A stretch of DNA of 64,000 bases from Bacilli bacterium (GTDB lineage: Bacteria > Bacillota_I > Bacilli_A > RFN20 > CAG-826), in the NCBI GenBank assembly GCA_035326105.1, contig DAOKYO010000002.1, positions 9,316 to 73,315 on the forward strand. Reading direction: 5' to 3'. Of this stretch, positions 19,930 through 29,836 are shown one piece after another (within the stretch, counting starts at the first letter, position 1; every line of letters begins with the position of its first letter). The translations under genes and the position numbers were made by a program. A model generated the notes under the pieces. The model did not search any database, was not told where the DNA came from, and worked only from the letters and a program-made list of their open reading frames with translations.

Positions 19930-21237
19930 ATGAGAATGGCAGATATTATCACCAAGAAGCGTGACGGAGGCGTTCTTAGTGAACAGGAAATCAATTTTTT
20001 TGTCGAAGGATATACGAAAGGAACAATTCCTGATTACCAGGCGAGCGCATTAGCGATGGCGATCGTTTTTCAGGGGATGAATAAAGATGAGACGGTCGCT
20101 TTGACCAAGGCGATGATGTACTCGGGCGATGTGGTTGATCTTTCGCAAATTAAAGGGGTGAAAGTCGATAAGCATTCCACGGGCGGAGTGGGCGACAAAA
20201 CTAGCATGGTCGTGGGACCAATCGTTGCCAGCTGCGGCGTTCGACTGGCAAAAATGAGCGGTCGTGGCTTGGGTCATACCGGCGGGACATTGGACAAGTT
20301 AGAATCCATTCCCGGCATGAGTATTTCACTTCCCATCGAACGCTTTATCAAGCAAGTAAATGATATTGGCATTGCGATTATCGGCCAAACAGCCGATTTA
20401 GTTCCGGCGGATAAAAAACTATATGCTCTTCGCGACGTGACGGGAACGGTTGAAAGTATCCCCTTAATTGCCTCCTCCATCATGAGCAAGAAACTAGCAA
20501 GCGGTGCGGATACAATTCTTTTGGATGTAAAATTCGGCAGTGGCGCTTTTATGAAGACCATTGGAGACGCGCGTAAACTGGCGCGAACAATGGTGGAAAT
20601 TGGCGATGGTGTAAAACGGGATACAAGAGCGATTTTAACGGATATGGATCAGCCTCTCGGCCGCGCGGTCGGAAATAATCTTGAGGTAAAAGAAGCGATT
20701 GATACGCTAAACGGACATGGTCCGGATGATTTCGTTACCTTGTGTGTCAAGGCAGCGGGCGTGATTTTGGTCCAGGGAAAAGTGGTTTCAACCTTAGCGG
20801 AAGGTGAGGCGCTTGCAAGCGCAAAAATTAAAGACGGAAGCGCACTCAACAAATTCAAGGCGATGGTCAAATCACAGGGCGGAGATGTATCGTACATTGA
20901 TAATCCCAGCCAATTTGTTGTTGCAAAACACCATGAGGAAGTTTATGCGGATGCGGATGGATATGTCGGCCGAATCGATTGTCTGGAGATCGGGGTGGCC
21001 GCGATGCAACTTGGCGCCGGGCGGGCAACGAAAGATGACGTAATCGACCCTGCGGCCGGAATCATCGTTGACAAAAAGGTCGGAGCTAAAGTTTCTAAGG
21101 GCGATAAATTGGCTGATATATATACCGATGTAGACGCGGCTAGCTATCAGCCGGTTATTATGGACATCCAACGGGCGTTTAAACTTCAAAAAGACGAAGT
21201 TACTCCCCGGCCGATTGTCTATGAGATAATCGAGTAA
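19930..21237 (+). CDS. pdp: Pyrimidine-nucleoside phosphorylase
   Basis: 435 aa; N-terminal MRMADIITKKRDGG and glycosyltransferase family 3 motifs (HSTGGVGDK). Confidence 0.9.
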   Translation: MRMADIITKKRDGGVLSEQEINFFVEGYTKGTIPDYQASALAMAIVFQGMNKDETVALTKAMMYSGDVVDLSQIKGVKVDKHSTGGVGDKTSMVVGPIVASCGVRLAKMSGRGLGHTGGTLDKLESIPGMSISLPIERFIKQVNDIGIAIIGQTADLVPADKKLYALRDVTGTVESIPLIASSIMSKKLASGADTILLDVKFGSGAFMKTIGDARKLARTMVEIGDGVKRDTRAILTDMDQPLGRAVGNNLEVKEAIDTLNGHGPDDFVTLCVKAAGVILVQGKVVSTLAEGEALASAKIKDGSALNKFKAMVKSQGGDVSYIDNPSQFVVAKHHEEVYADADGYVGRIDCLEIGVAAMQLGAGRATKDDVIDPAAGIIVDKKVGAKVSKGDKLADIYTDVDAASYQPVIMDIQRAFKLQKDEVTPRPIVYEIIE

Positions 21238-21247
21238 ATAAGTATTT

Positions 21248-21289
21248 AAAAAGGAACCAGCCGGTCAATATCGGCTAGGTTCCTTTTTG
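21248..21289. terminator. Bidirectional terminator between pdp (+) and rarA (-)
   Basis: Long hairpin aaaaaggaacc-agccg...cggct-aggttccttttt flanked by A-run and T-run. Confidence 0.75.
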
Positions 21290-22558
21290 CTATTCACGGG
21301 GCTTTTTTGATTTAAGAAAGGCCAAATCGCTGGTGCGGGTATTCCTCTTGAGCCGATGGTAATTGGCATTTAAAACTTTCTCATATTGAGAAGCATTTGA
21401 TTCCTGGTAAAACTGCATTTCCTTAATCAGTTCAGGAAGATATTGCATCTTTTCCCATAGATCAGGGCGATCATAGGGGTACTTATCAATTTCCTGCGCA
21501 TTTACCGGAGTTAATTTTAAGTAATCAAGAACGCTTAATTGATGATCTTTTGCATAGTCCATCGCTGATTGAATGGAAGATGCTGCCGCCTTTGACTTTG
21601 GCGACAGGGCGAGGTCGCAAACAGTAAAGCCTAAAGGTATTATCGCTTCGGGAAACCCAACCTTGCGGGCACTCTCAAGGGCAGTTGCACAGCGTTCCAC
21701 CGCCTGAGGATTGGCTAATCCGATATCTTCATAGGCGGTAACCAATAGCCGTCTCTCAATCGATTCCAAGTCGTTAGCGGCACAAAGCCGAGCAAGATAA
21801 TATAGAGCGGCATCAACATCACTTCCGCGGATGCTCTTTTGCAGGGCGGAAACGGAATCGTAATGCTCCTCCTCGTTTTGATCCATGAGATAGTTTGGAA
21901 CGCGGACGACACTCTTTATGTCATTTGTTGAGATGCTTTGGTTTTTACTTAAGGATAAGACCTCTAAATAATTGTAGGCAAAACGTAAATCACCCCCCGC
22001 GAGGGTGGCTAATAATTTCTTCGCCTCATCATCCATCGCAATATGATTGTCCAGGCCGTTAAATGAAGATAAGGCCCGATTGATACCGATAATAATATCC
22101 TCGCGGCTTAAGGGCTTTACCTCCAAAAGGTGACAGCGAGAACGAATCGCGGGGTTGATGGCAATATATGGATTGGCCGTGGTCATTCCCAATAGAAAAA
22201 TAGTTCCCTCTTCAATGTAAGGAAGTAAGAGATCCTGTTTATCTTTGTTTAAACGATGAACCTCATCGACGATAAGAATGGCTTCGGGGTATAGCTTCGC
22301 CTCTTCGATGGCCAGCTCGATATCTTTCTTAGTCGAAGTCACGGCGTTTAATTTTTTATAATGAACATTCATCTCTTTGGCAAAGGCTTCGGCAATAGTG
22401 GTCTTACCTGACCCGGGTGGGCCAAAAAAGATGATTGATACCAAAAGATGATTTTGAAGGGCCTCATAAAGAAAGCCTCCTTCGCCGACGAGGTGCTTTT
22501 GCCCGATAATTTCAGAAAGTTTGGTCGGACGTAGACGATGTGCAAGTGGTGCGAGCAT
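21290..22558 (-). CDS. rarA: Replication-associated recombination protein A (AAA+ ATPase RarA/MgsA)
   Basis: 422 aa; GPPGSGKTT Walker A, VDEVHR Walker B-proximal, MgsA C-terminal helical domain. Confidence 0.9.
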   Translation of the reverse strand: MLAPLAHRLRPTKLSEIIGQKHLVGEGGFLYEALQNHLLVSIIFFGPPGSGKTTIAEAFAKEMNVHYKKLNAVTSTKKDIELAIEEAKLYPEAILIVDEVHRLNKDKQDLLLPYIEEGTIFLLGMTTANPYIAINPAIRSRCHLLEVKPLSREDIIIGINRALSSFNGLDNHIAMDDEAKKLLATLAGGDLRFAYNYLEVLSLSKNQSISTNDIKSVVRVPNYLMDQNEEEHYDSVSALQKSIRGSDVDAALYYLARLCAANDLESIERRLLVTAYEDIGLANPQAVERCATALESARKVGFPEAIIPLGFTVCDLALSPKSKAAASSIQSAMDYAKDHQLSVLDYLKLTPVNAQEIDKYPYDRPDLWEKMQYLPELIKEMQFYQESNASQYEKVLNANYHRLKRNTRTSDLAFLKSKKPRE

Positions 22559-22623
22559 AATTACCTCCGGATAAAGTATACCAATTTATGCTCATAAACA
22601 CTATAATAAAACAAGGTGAAAAA

Positions 22624-23079
22624 ATGAGAATTATACTGCAAAATGTGCTGGATGCCAAAGTTGAAGTCGAAGGAAAAGTCACGGGAAAAATCGCCCGGGG
22701 CTGGCTTTTGCTTGTCGGCTTTTCCCTTAATGACAATAATGCAATTGTTAAAAAAATGGCTGATAAATTGCTTACATTACGAGTATTTCCGGATGAAAAT
22801 GGCAAGACCAATAAGTCATTATCGGACATCGGTGGCGAAATATTGAGCGTATCCCAGTTTACGCTTTATGGAGACGTCCGTCATGGAAGAAGGCCATCTT
22901 TTACCGACTCGGCTCCCTATGAAAGGGGTCAAGTCCTCTATAATCTTTTTAATGGCTTCATCGAGGACAAGTGTGGTAGAATTGCCACGGGTATTTATGG
23001 AGCGGACATGAAGGTGACATTAGTGAATGATGGACCCTTTACCCTGATCCTGGATAGTGAGGATTTGGTTGATGAATAA
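22624..23079 (+). CDS. dtd: D-aminoacyl-tRNA deacylase
   Basis: About 151 aa from the internal ATG after AAGGTG; the SQFTLYGD motif is typical of Dtd. Confidence 0.85.
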   Translation: MRIILQNVLDAKVEVEGKVTGKIARGWLLLVGFSLNDNNAIVKKMADKLLTLRVFPDENGKTNKSLSDIGGEILSVSQFTLYGDVRHGRRPSFTDSAPYERGQVLYNLFNGFIEDKCGRIATGIYGADMKVTLVNDGPFTLILDSEDLVDE

Positions 23080-24217
23080 AAAAGACACGCGCGTATTAAT
23101 TGGTCTTAGCGGTGGCGTTGATAGCGCGGTCGCTGCCTACTTGCTGAAAAAGGAAGGCTATCAAGTTGTCGGCGGTTTCATGCGTAACTGGGATGCGATG
23201 GCTAATAACGATATTTTAGGCAACCCGACAATTACCGATCAGCAATGTCCGCAGGAAAGCGATTATGACGATGCGAAAGCAGTGGCCGACAAACTGGGAA
23301 TTGAACTTTTAAGAGTCGATTTTATCGAAGAGTACTGGAATGATGTTTTTGCCTATTTTCTTTCCGAATATGAAAAAGGCCGAACTCCTAATCCGGATAT
23401 TTTTTGTAATAAATATATTAAATTTGATGCTTTCTTAAATTTTGCCAAGAGGAAGGGATTCGATTTTATCGCCATGGGGCATTATGCCAAACGGGAAAAT
23501 CGTGATAATAAAGTTTTTCTTTTAAAAGCGGAAGATCTGAATAAGGATCAAAGTTATTTTCTTTCGCAAATTTCGCAAGAACAGGTGGCAAGTTGTCTTT
23601 TCCCGTTAGGAAATATCAGTAAACCCGCGGTGCGGACAATCGCCCACGAATTGGATTTAAAATCGGTGATGGACAAGAAAGACTCAACCGGTGTTTGCTT
23701 TATCGGCGAGCGCCGTTTTAAGGAATTTCTGATGAATTATTTACCGGCGAAAAAGGGAGATATTATCGACATTAATACCGGCAAAAAAGTTGGTGTTCAC
23801 GACGGAGTTCTCTATTATACTATCGGCCAAAGAAAAGGCCTGGGTATCGGCGGGATAAGCGGGCAGGATGCCATAGGATGGACGGTCGTCGGTAAAGACG
23901 TAAAGAAGAATTATCTGCTGGTGGCCAGTGGTAGTAACGATGCACACCTTTTTAGCGACTATTGCTTGGTTCGAAACTTAAATTGGATAAGTGGCGCTCC
24001 TACGGAAGAAAAAACTTATGGCGCAAAATTCCGCTATCGGCAGCCTGATCAAAAAGTCAAATTGGAATTTGTCGACAGCGATACGGTGAAAGTGCTATAT
24101 GCTTCGCCGGTCAAAGCGGTTACTCCTGGCCAAGCCGCGGTTTTCTACGATGGAGATATTTGTCTGGGCGGTGGCATTATTGACGAAGTTTATCGGGATG
24201 ATAAGCGTATCCTGTAA
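23072..24217 (+). CDS. mnmA: tRNA-specific 2-thiouridylase
   Basis: MNKKDTRVLIGLSGGVDSAV PP-loop; about 381 aa; overlaps the dtd end by 8 nt. Confidence 0.9.
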   Translation: MNKKDTRVLIGLSGGVDSAVAAYLLKKEGYQVVGGFMRNWDAMANNDILGNPTITDQQCPQESDYDDAKAVADKLGIELLRVDFIEEYWNDVFAYFLSEYEKGRTPNPDIFCNKYIKFDAFLNFAKRKGFDFIAMGHYAKRENRDNKVFLLKAEDLNKDQSYFLSQISQEQVASCLFPLGNISKPAVRTIAHELDLKSVMDKKDSTGVCFIGERRFKEFLMNYLPAKKGDIIDINTGKKVGVHDGVLYYTIGQRKGLGIGGISGQDAIGWTVVGKDVKKNYLLVASGSNDAHLFSDYCLVRNLNWISGAPTEEKTYGAKFRYRQPDQKVKLEFVDSDTVKVLYASPVKAVTPGQAAVFYDGDICLGGGIIDEVYRDDKRIL

Positions 24218-24295
24218 ATAGCGAAAAAGGATTAACAGTAACAGCATTTTGAAAATACCAGAATACAGGCTATAATAAAATCAAAAGGGGTTAAT

Positions 24296-24538
24296 ATGGA
24301 ATACAGTGAAAAATATAGGCCGATGAGTTCTTGGGGATACTTTGGTTATCAGATATTGTTTTCTATTCCGCTGGTTGGGTTTATTGCGCTTATTATCTTT
24401 GCTCTTGATTCTTCTTATATCGCTCGTAGAAACTTCGCCCGGAGTTATTTTTGCTTTATCATTCTCGTGTTAATTGTGGTATTTATTATGTTTCAGATGG
24501 GGTTTTTAGCCGATCTCTTACAAAGAATAACCCAATAA
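24296..24538 (+). CDS. Small hypothetical membrane protein (two predicted TM helices)
   Basis: 80 aa; preceded by a TTGAAA-N17-like / GCTATAAT promoter and GGGGTT RBS; hydrophobic stretches; no recognisable family. Confidence 0.5.
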   Translation: MEYSEKYRPMSSWGYFGYQILFSIPLVGFIALIIFALDSSYIARRNFARSYFCFIILVLIVVFIMFQMGFLADLLQRITQ

Positions 24539-24654
24539 AAGCGTAAATCTAATTTGGTTTGCATCTTAAAATTTACATTTAAATTAATTTGTGAATTTTT
24601 AAAGTAAATTACATTTTCTTAAAGATATTAGTAATAATTACTTTTTTAACATTA

Positions 24655-24858
24655 GTGATAGAATTTTTGAACCATCCACCTCAAGAAGGGGTTCTTTTGC
24701 ATGTTCCACCTGAAGAAAAAGAAACAAAATCTCTTTTGCAGATAAAAGATGCTTACAAAAAAGTAATTATTGCTCGTACCAGACAAGAATCATTTAGTCT
24801 GAAAGGTGTTGAAGTAATAGATATAGCAAGATGGTTAAATGGTGATTCAGATTTTTAA
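24655..24858 (+). CDS. Hypothetical 67-aa ORF (GTG start, weak RBS; possibly a gene remnant)
   Basis: Only the six-frame ORF supports it; lies in the AT-rich islet; no motif recognised. Confidence 0.2.
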   Translation: MIEFLNHPPQEGVLLHVPPEEKETKSLLQIKDAYKKVIIARTRQESFSLKGVEVIDIARWLNGDSDF

Positions 24859-24893
24859 TACCAATACAAGAGATATAAGAGAGCATTCGCAAT

Positions 24894-25310
24894 ATGTGCC
24901 TGATATGTAAAAGAATAGATTTGATAAAGCAGAACAAAAATCCGTTTTTTGTTTATGAATTAGAGACGGGTTATGTTGTTATTGGAGATCACCAAAGGTT
25001 CAAAGGATATACATTATTCTTATGTAAAGAACATGTTGCTGAACTGCATCATTTAAAAAGAGATTTCAAAGTGAAATATTTAGAGGAGGTCTCTATCGTT
25101 GCTAAAGCCTGTCAAAATGCTTTCAAAGCTACGAAAATGAATATTGAATTGTTAGGCAACGGAGATCCACATGTACATTTTCATATTTTCCCACGTAGAA
25201 AAGGGGATATCAATATCCCGGGCCCAGTATGGTGGTTGCCTAAAGAGGAATTGTTTGATGAAAGCAAAAACCAACGAAAACAGAGTTATCCAATATGGTC
25301 GACTTATTAA
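24894..25310 (+). CDS. HIT-family (histidine triad) nucleotide hydrolase
   Basis: 138 aa; N-terminal MCLICKRI (CxxC, as in Hint proteins) and histidine triad HVHFHIFPR. Confidence 0.75.
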   Translation: MCLICKRIDLIKQNKNPFFVYELETGYVVIGDHQRFKGYTLFLCKEHVAELHHLKRDFKVKYLEEVSIVAKACQNAFKATKMNIELLGNGDPHVHFHIFPRRKGDINIPGPVWWLPKEELFDESKNQRKQSYPIWSTY

Positions 25311-25679
25311 AGACAGAACTTATCCGACTATTGAAATCATATAATTCTGTTCATGAATAAATATGTTTTCCAAATCATACTAATTATGTCCACTTACATT
25401 GGTAAGCAAACTACTTTCCAATTTTCAATTATTTTAAATTTTGGAAAACGAATAAAAGTGGCTTAATAATGGCGTTTTAAATCTAGTGTGAGGAACCATA
25501 GAAAAAGCAGTGGTAAGAACTCCGTACCTATATTATTTGCGGTTGATAAAAGTGATCTCATTTTGACGTTACGCGACTTCACTCGTATGTCTGTCTTCTT
25601 AGGCAAAATATTCTAAGACCGATAAATTTGGAAACATATCGTCTAGTAACTTGAAAAAATATTCTTTTTATTTTGTTTA

Positions 25680-25689
25680 TGCTATAATC
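25680..25689 (+). promoter_or_regulatory. Extended -10 promoter (TGcTATAAT) for the alaS leader
   Basis: tgctataat at 25681-25689; upstream -35-like TTGAAA at 25651 is mis-spaced, so the call relies on the TG extension. Confidence 0.5.
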
Positions 25690-25890
25690 ATAGCGAAATC
25701 GATAGGATTGCTAAGTTATCTCATTTTAGCGACTGCTTGTCAGGTGAAAAAGCAGACGAGAAAACGCGCCACTTTCCTGATGAGACCAATACTCTCCGTT
25801 AATCCGCGTTAAGGAAAATTAAGAGCATTGTACAGCAATGAATAAGGATGGTACCGCGGATTTTCGTTCCTTAGCGTACCTTTTTTTATG
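25690..25890 (+). ncRNA. T-box riboswitch leader upstream of alaS (putative Ala specifier GCC at 25768-25770)
   Basis: Conserved T-box sequence AATAAGGATGGTACCGCGG at 25841-25859, followed by a terminator hairpin (ggtac(c)gc / gcgtacc) and TTTTTTT at 25879-25887, immediately 5' of an aminoacyl-tRNA synthetase gene. Confidence 0.8.
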
Positions 25891-25907
25891 TTTTAAGGAG
25901 ATTTAAT

Positions 25908-28520
25908 ATGAAAAAATTAACAGGTAATGAAATTCGATTAATGTGGCTCGATTTTTTTAAGAAACACGGACATGCAATTGAGCCCGGCGCATCTTTGATT
26001 CCCCATAATGATCCCACTCTTCTATGGATTAATTCAGGTGTGGCGGCGTTGAAAAAATATTTTGACGGATCGGTAATACCGGCTAACCACCGAATTACCA
26101 ACGTCCAAAAGTCAATCCGGACCAACGATATTGAAAATGTTGGGAAGACAGCTCGCCATCATACTTTTTTTGAAATGCTCGGCAATTTTTCCATCGGTGA
26201 CTATTTTCGTGAATCGGTCATTCCTTGGGCCTATGAAATTTTAACGAGCGAGGAATACTTTGCCCTCCCCAAGGATAAAGTTTATTTTACCTATTTACCG
26301 ACGGATAAAGACACATATAATCTCTGGCGAAAAGTAGGCGTAAAAGAGGATCACCTTATTCCTTTAGAAGGCAATTTTTGGCAAATTGGGGAAGGGCCCT
26401 GCGGACCCAACACCGAAGTGTTCTTCGATCGCGGTGAAAAATATGATCCCCTCCATCGCGGAATTGAACTTTTAAAAAACGACGAGGAGAATGATCGTTA
26501 CATCGAAATTTGGGGGATTGTCTTTAGTCAATACAATGCCGTTGAAGGCGTGAACCGAGCCGACTATAAAGAACTTCCCAAGAAAAATATCGATACCGGC
26601 GCGGGTCTAGAACGAATTGCCTGTGTTTTACAGGAGACGCCGACCAATTTTGAAACCGATCTATTTCTTCCTATCATCCAGGAAACGATGAAAATCAGTA
26701 AGCAGCCATATGAGGGCGCTAACTTGATGGCTTACCGCGTTATCGCCGACCATATTAGAGCCTGTACTTTCGCTTTAGCGGATGGAGCGACTTTTTCTAA
26801 TGAAGGCCGGGGATATGTTTTACGCCGACTATTAAGAAGAGCTATGCGCTATGGACGGAAAATAAATATCAATCAACCTTTTCTTTACCTTTTAGTTCAT
26901 GTTGTCGTCAATAACTTCAAGGACTTTTATCCCTATTTGGTTAAAGAAGAGGAGCGGGTCAGCAAATTAATTAAAGCCGAAGAAGAAAAATTTATTAAAA
27001 CTCTCAACAGCGGAGAGCTAATGCTGAGGAATATGCTTGTGCCGGGAACTGCCCTTTCCGGTGACGATGCGTTTAAACTATATGATACCTATGGCTTTCC
27101 TATTGATTTGACGGTGGAAATTGCCTTGGAACAACAATGCCCAGTAGATATCAAACGTTTTAATGAATTATTGGAAGAACAAAAAAATCGCGCTCGGGAA
27201 GCAAGAAGTGGCGGACAGAGCATGGCGATTCAATCTGCCGATTTAATGAGCTGCCAAGTGAGCAGTGAATTTCTTTACGACTCACTTGAGCCCCTGAAGG
27301 CCAAGGTGGTGGCGGCTTTTGTCAATGGGAAAAAAGTTGATGCGATCGACGAAGAGGGCGACCTTATTCTTGATAAAACCAATTTTTACGCGGAGAGTGG
27401 CGGACAGGTTTCTGATACCGGGCGCCTGAGCAATAACGAGGTGGATGCGGAAGTAAGCGAAGTTAAAAAAGCTCCCAATCATCAGCATTTACATCACGTT
27501 GTGCTGAATTCAGGAAGCATTCACGTCGGCGATGAATTGCTTATTTCTTTAGACCTCATCCGGCGCCGGGACATTATGCGCAATCACTCGGCTACGCATC
27601 TTTTAGATACCGCGTTGAGTGAATTTGTCGGTGAGGATACTCATCAGGCGGGAAGTTTTGTCGGACCGGACTATCTGCGGTTTGATTTTAATGCCAATGA
27701 GGCCTTGTCTTCATTTCAACTGGAAAAGATAGAGGCCCGGGTAAATGAGTTGATCGGCGAATCCCTCACGCAAGAAACAAAGGTGCTTCCGATTGACGAA
27801 GCCAAGAAACTTCAGGCCAAATCGCTTTTTGACGAAAAATATGGCGATGTCGTCCGCGTGGTTTGCTTTGGCGATATGAGTAAAGAATTCTGCGGAGGCA
27901 CGCATGTTGCCAACACATCTGAAATCGGCCTTTTTCTGATTGTTAGTGAAAAATCAATCGCGAGCGGAATCAGACGAATTGAAGCGGTAACTGGTGCCAA
28001 AGCATATGACTTAGTTATTGAGAGAAAGAACTTATTATCGGAGATTTCTCGCGAATTGAAAGTTAATTCGTTCGGGGATATTCTTCTTGCCATCGACTCA
28101 TTGAAAAAAGAAAAGGATGCGCTTAAGCAGGAATCAATAGTTCTTAAAGATCGCTTAGCTGCAGCCCTAAGCAACGATTTAAAATCCAGCTTTATTACCA
28201 AAAACCAAGTGAATGTCCTTTTTAGTTATGTCAAAGGTTATGATCGGGAAGGTCTTCTCAAGGTAATTGACGGTCTTAAATCCCAATATGAGCAAGCAAT
28301 TATTGTTTTACTGGGCGATAAAGACGGAAAATATCCTTTGGTTGCTTACTGTTCAGCTCCGGTCATAAAAATGGGGATTGAGGCTGGAAAGATCATACGC
28401 GAATTAACATCAATTTTAGGGGGATCAGGTGGAGGTCGCGCGGATTTAGCGAGTGGCGCCGCTAAAGATGCTTCCAAACAGGACAAAGTTTTGCCCTACC
28501 TTGAAAGTTTAATTAAATGA
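25908..28520 (+). CDS. alaS: Alanyl-tRNA synthetase
   Basis: 870 aa; class II core, editing-domain HxxxH motifs (HSATHLL, CGGTH), C-terminal DHHA1. Confidence 0.95.
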   Translation: MKKLTGNEIRLMWLDFFKKHGHAIEPGASLIPHNDPTLLWINSGVAALKKYFDGSVIPANHRITNVQKSIRTNDIENVGKTARHHTFFEMLGNFSIGDYFRESVIPWAYEILTSEEYFALPKDKVYFTYLPTDKDTYNLWRKVGVKEDHLIPLEGNFWQIGEGPCGPNTEVFFDRGEKYDPLHRGIELLKNDEENDRYIEIWGIVFSQYNAVEGVNRADYKELPKKNIDTGAGLERIACVLQETPTNFETDLFLPIIQETMKISKQPYEGANLMAYRVIADHIRACTFALADGATFSNEGRGYVLRRLLRRAMRYGRKININQPFLYLLVHVVVNNFKDFYPYLVKEEERVSKLIKAEEEKFIKTLNSGELMLRNMLVPGTALSGDDAFKLYDTYGFPIDLTVEIALEQQCPVDIKRFNELLEEQKNRAREARSGGQSMAIQSADLMSCQVSSEFLYDSLEPLKAKVVAAFVNGKKVDAIDEEGDLILDKTNFYAESGGQVSDTGRLSNNEVDAEVSEVKKAPNHQHLHHVVLNSGSIHVGDELLISLDLIRRRDIMRNHSATHLLDTALSEFVGEDTHQAGSFVGPDYLRFDFNANEALSSFQLEKIEARVNELIGESLTQETKVLPIDEAKKLQAKSLFDEKYGDVVRVVCFGDMSKEFCGGTHVANTSEIGLFLIVSEKSIASGIRRIEAVTGAKAYDLVIERKNLLSEISRELKVNSFGDILLAIDSLKKEKDALKQESIVLKDRLAAALSNDLKSSFITKNQVNVLFSYVKGYDREGLLKVIDGLKSQYEQAIIVLLGDKDGKYPLVAYCSAPVIKMGIEAGKIIRELTSILGGSGGGRADLASGAAKDASKQDKVLPYLESLIK

Positions 28521-28966
28521 GCAAGAAAATAATCGGACTTGATCTTGGAACCAAAACACTTGGCATCGCGATTACTTCTAGCGACCAAAAGTTTGTGCTT
28601 GGAATGGAAACCGTTCGGTTTAATTCCAATGATTATGTAACGGCAGCTAAACGAATTGAGCAAATACTTCAAGAAGAGAATGTGGAATCAATAATTGTTG
28701 GCTATCCCCTAAATATGGATGATCGCAAAGGCCCCCGCGTGGAGGCTGTTGAAAAGTTTAAGCTACTATTGGGCGCATTTTTCCCATTAACGCAAATTAA
28801 GTTCGTGGATGAGCGTCTTTCCACAATTGAAGCCTATGAAAGGCTCAGTGCTTTAGGCTATAATAAAGCGAAGCAAAAAGAATTGGTTGATATGTGGGCA
28901 GCCAAAGTTATATTAGAGACCTATTTGGCTCAAAGAGAGGAAAAGAACGATGGAACCAAAAGTTGA
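28517..28966 (+). CDS. ruvX: Putative pre-16S rRNA nuclease / Holliday junction resolvase-like YqgF (RuvX)
   Basis: 149 aa; MSKKIIGLDLGTKTLGIAIT RNase H-fold N-terminus; immediately follows alaS as in Bacillus (alaS-yrrK). Confidence 0.85.
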   Translation: MSKKIIGLDLGTKTLGIAITSSDQKFVLGMETVRFNSNDYVTAAKRIEQILQEENVESIIVGYPLNMDDRKGPRVEAVEKFKLLLGAFFPLTQIKFVDERLSTIEAYERLSALGYNKAKQKELVDMWAAKVILETYLAQREEKNDGTKS

Positions 28967-29216
28967 AAATTCTGAAAAAGAGTTGACGCTTACTGATGAG
29001 GATGGCAATGAATATCGCTTTGAAATTCTCTTTACTTACGATAATGAGGAAAGAGGAGCAAGTTACGTTTTATTCTTTGACCCAGCAAGTCCGGAAGAGA
29101 TCATGATTGCTCGTTATGAGGATGATGGAACCTTAGACATGGAACTCAACGACGATGAGTTCAATGAAGCTAATGAGATTTTAAACACGTATAACGAAGA
29201 TCCACAATTGAAGTAA
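28950..29216 (+). CDS. DUF1292-family protein (YrzB-like)
   Basis: 88 aa; acidic; motif DEDGNEY.FEIL..Y..E.....YVLF conserved in DUF1292. Confidence 0.7.
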   Translation: MEPKVENSEKELTLTDEDGNEYRFEILFTYDNEERGASYVLFFDPASPEEIMIARYEDDGTLDMELNDDEFNEANEILNTYNEDPQLK

Positions 29217-29224
29217 ATAAAATA

Positions 29225-29259
29225 AAAACCGATTCGCATCAATAACGAATCGTTTTTTT
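29225..29259. terminator. Bidirectional intrinsic terminator
   Basis: aaaaaccgattcg-catcaataa-cgaatcgttttttt hairpin flanked by A/T runs between convergent genes. Confidence 0.8.
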
Positions 29260-29836
29260 ACGCATAAGCGATTATTCCTAGCGCGGCCGCGATAACGATT
29301 AATATAATCGGCGATAATTTCTTTTTAAAGACAATTTTATGCCCCCAGTATATAAGTCCGGCATCAAACATTAAAACCAAAGATATGCGGTCAAAATCGG
29401 AGGAAATATGCGGAAATAAGGGGAATATATTCTTGATTACCAGGATGACGCCGGTTGAAACTATAAGCGCAACAATGGTGGGTTGAACTCCCTTAATAGC
29501 CGCCTGAACGTAGCGGTTTTTTTCAAAGCTCTTAAAAATTGAAGCGATAACGAGAATAATTAAAAACGATGGTAAAACAACGGCAAATGTAGCGGTTAAA
29601 CTTCCAAGAATTCCCAGCTGACTGGAACCGATAAAAGTGGCCATATTAATGGCAAATGGTCCCGGAGTTGACTCGCTAATCGCAATAAAGCGCACGACTT
29701 CCTCGTAGCCCATCCATCCCTTGCTGATGACCTCGCTTTGCATTAGTGGAATCATGGCATAGCCACCGCCGAAAGTGAATAGACCAATCTTAAAAAAAGT
29801 CCAGAAAATATCTAGCATTTTTAAAATTATACCCAT
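29258..29836 (-). CDS. Short-chain chromate ion transporter (CHR family), half-size subunit 2
   Basis: 192 aa; GLFTFGGGYAMIPLMQSEV CHR signature; six hydrophobic segments. Confidence 0.8.
   Translation of the reverse strand: MGIILKMLDIFWTFFKIGLFTFGGGYAMIPLMQSEVISKGWMGYEEVVRFIAISESTPGPFAINMATFIGSSQLGILGSLTATFAVVLPSFLIILVIASIFKSFEKNRYVQAAIKGVQPTIVALIVSTGVILVIKNIFPLFPHISSDFDRISLVLMFDAGLIYWGHKIVFKKKLSPIILIVIAAALGIIAYA

Noticed and set aside
24560-24640. Possible short direct repeats (aaatttacattt / aaattacatttt), considered as a CRISPR-like or iteron array
   Set aside because: There are only two imperfect copies with no regular spacing. This fits ordinary AT-rich promoter DNA.
25311-25650. tRNA, tmRNA or a known riboswitch in the long non-coding gap
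   Set aside because: No T-arm (GTTCGAATC-like) or acceptor-stem pairing was recognised, and no conserved riboswitch core other than the T-box was found. Kept only as an unexplained gap in the findings.
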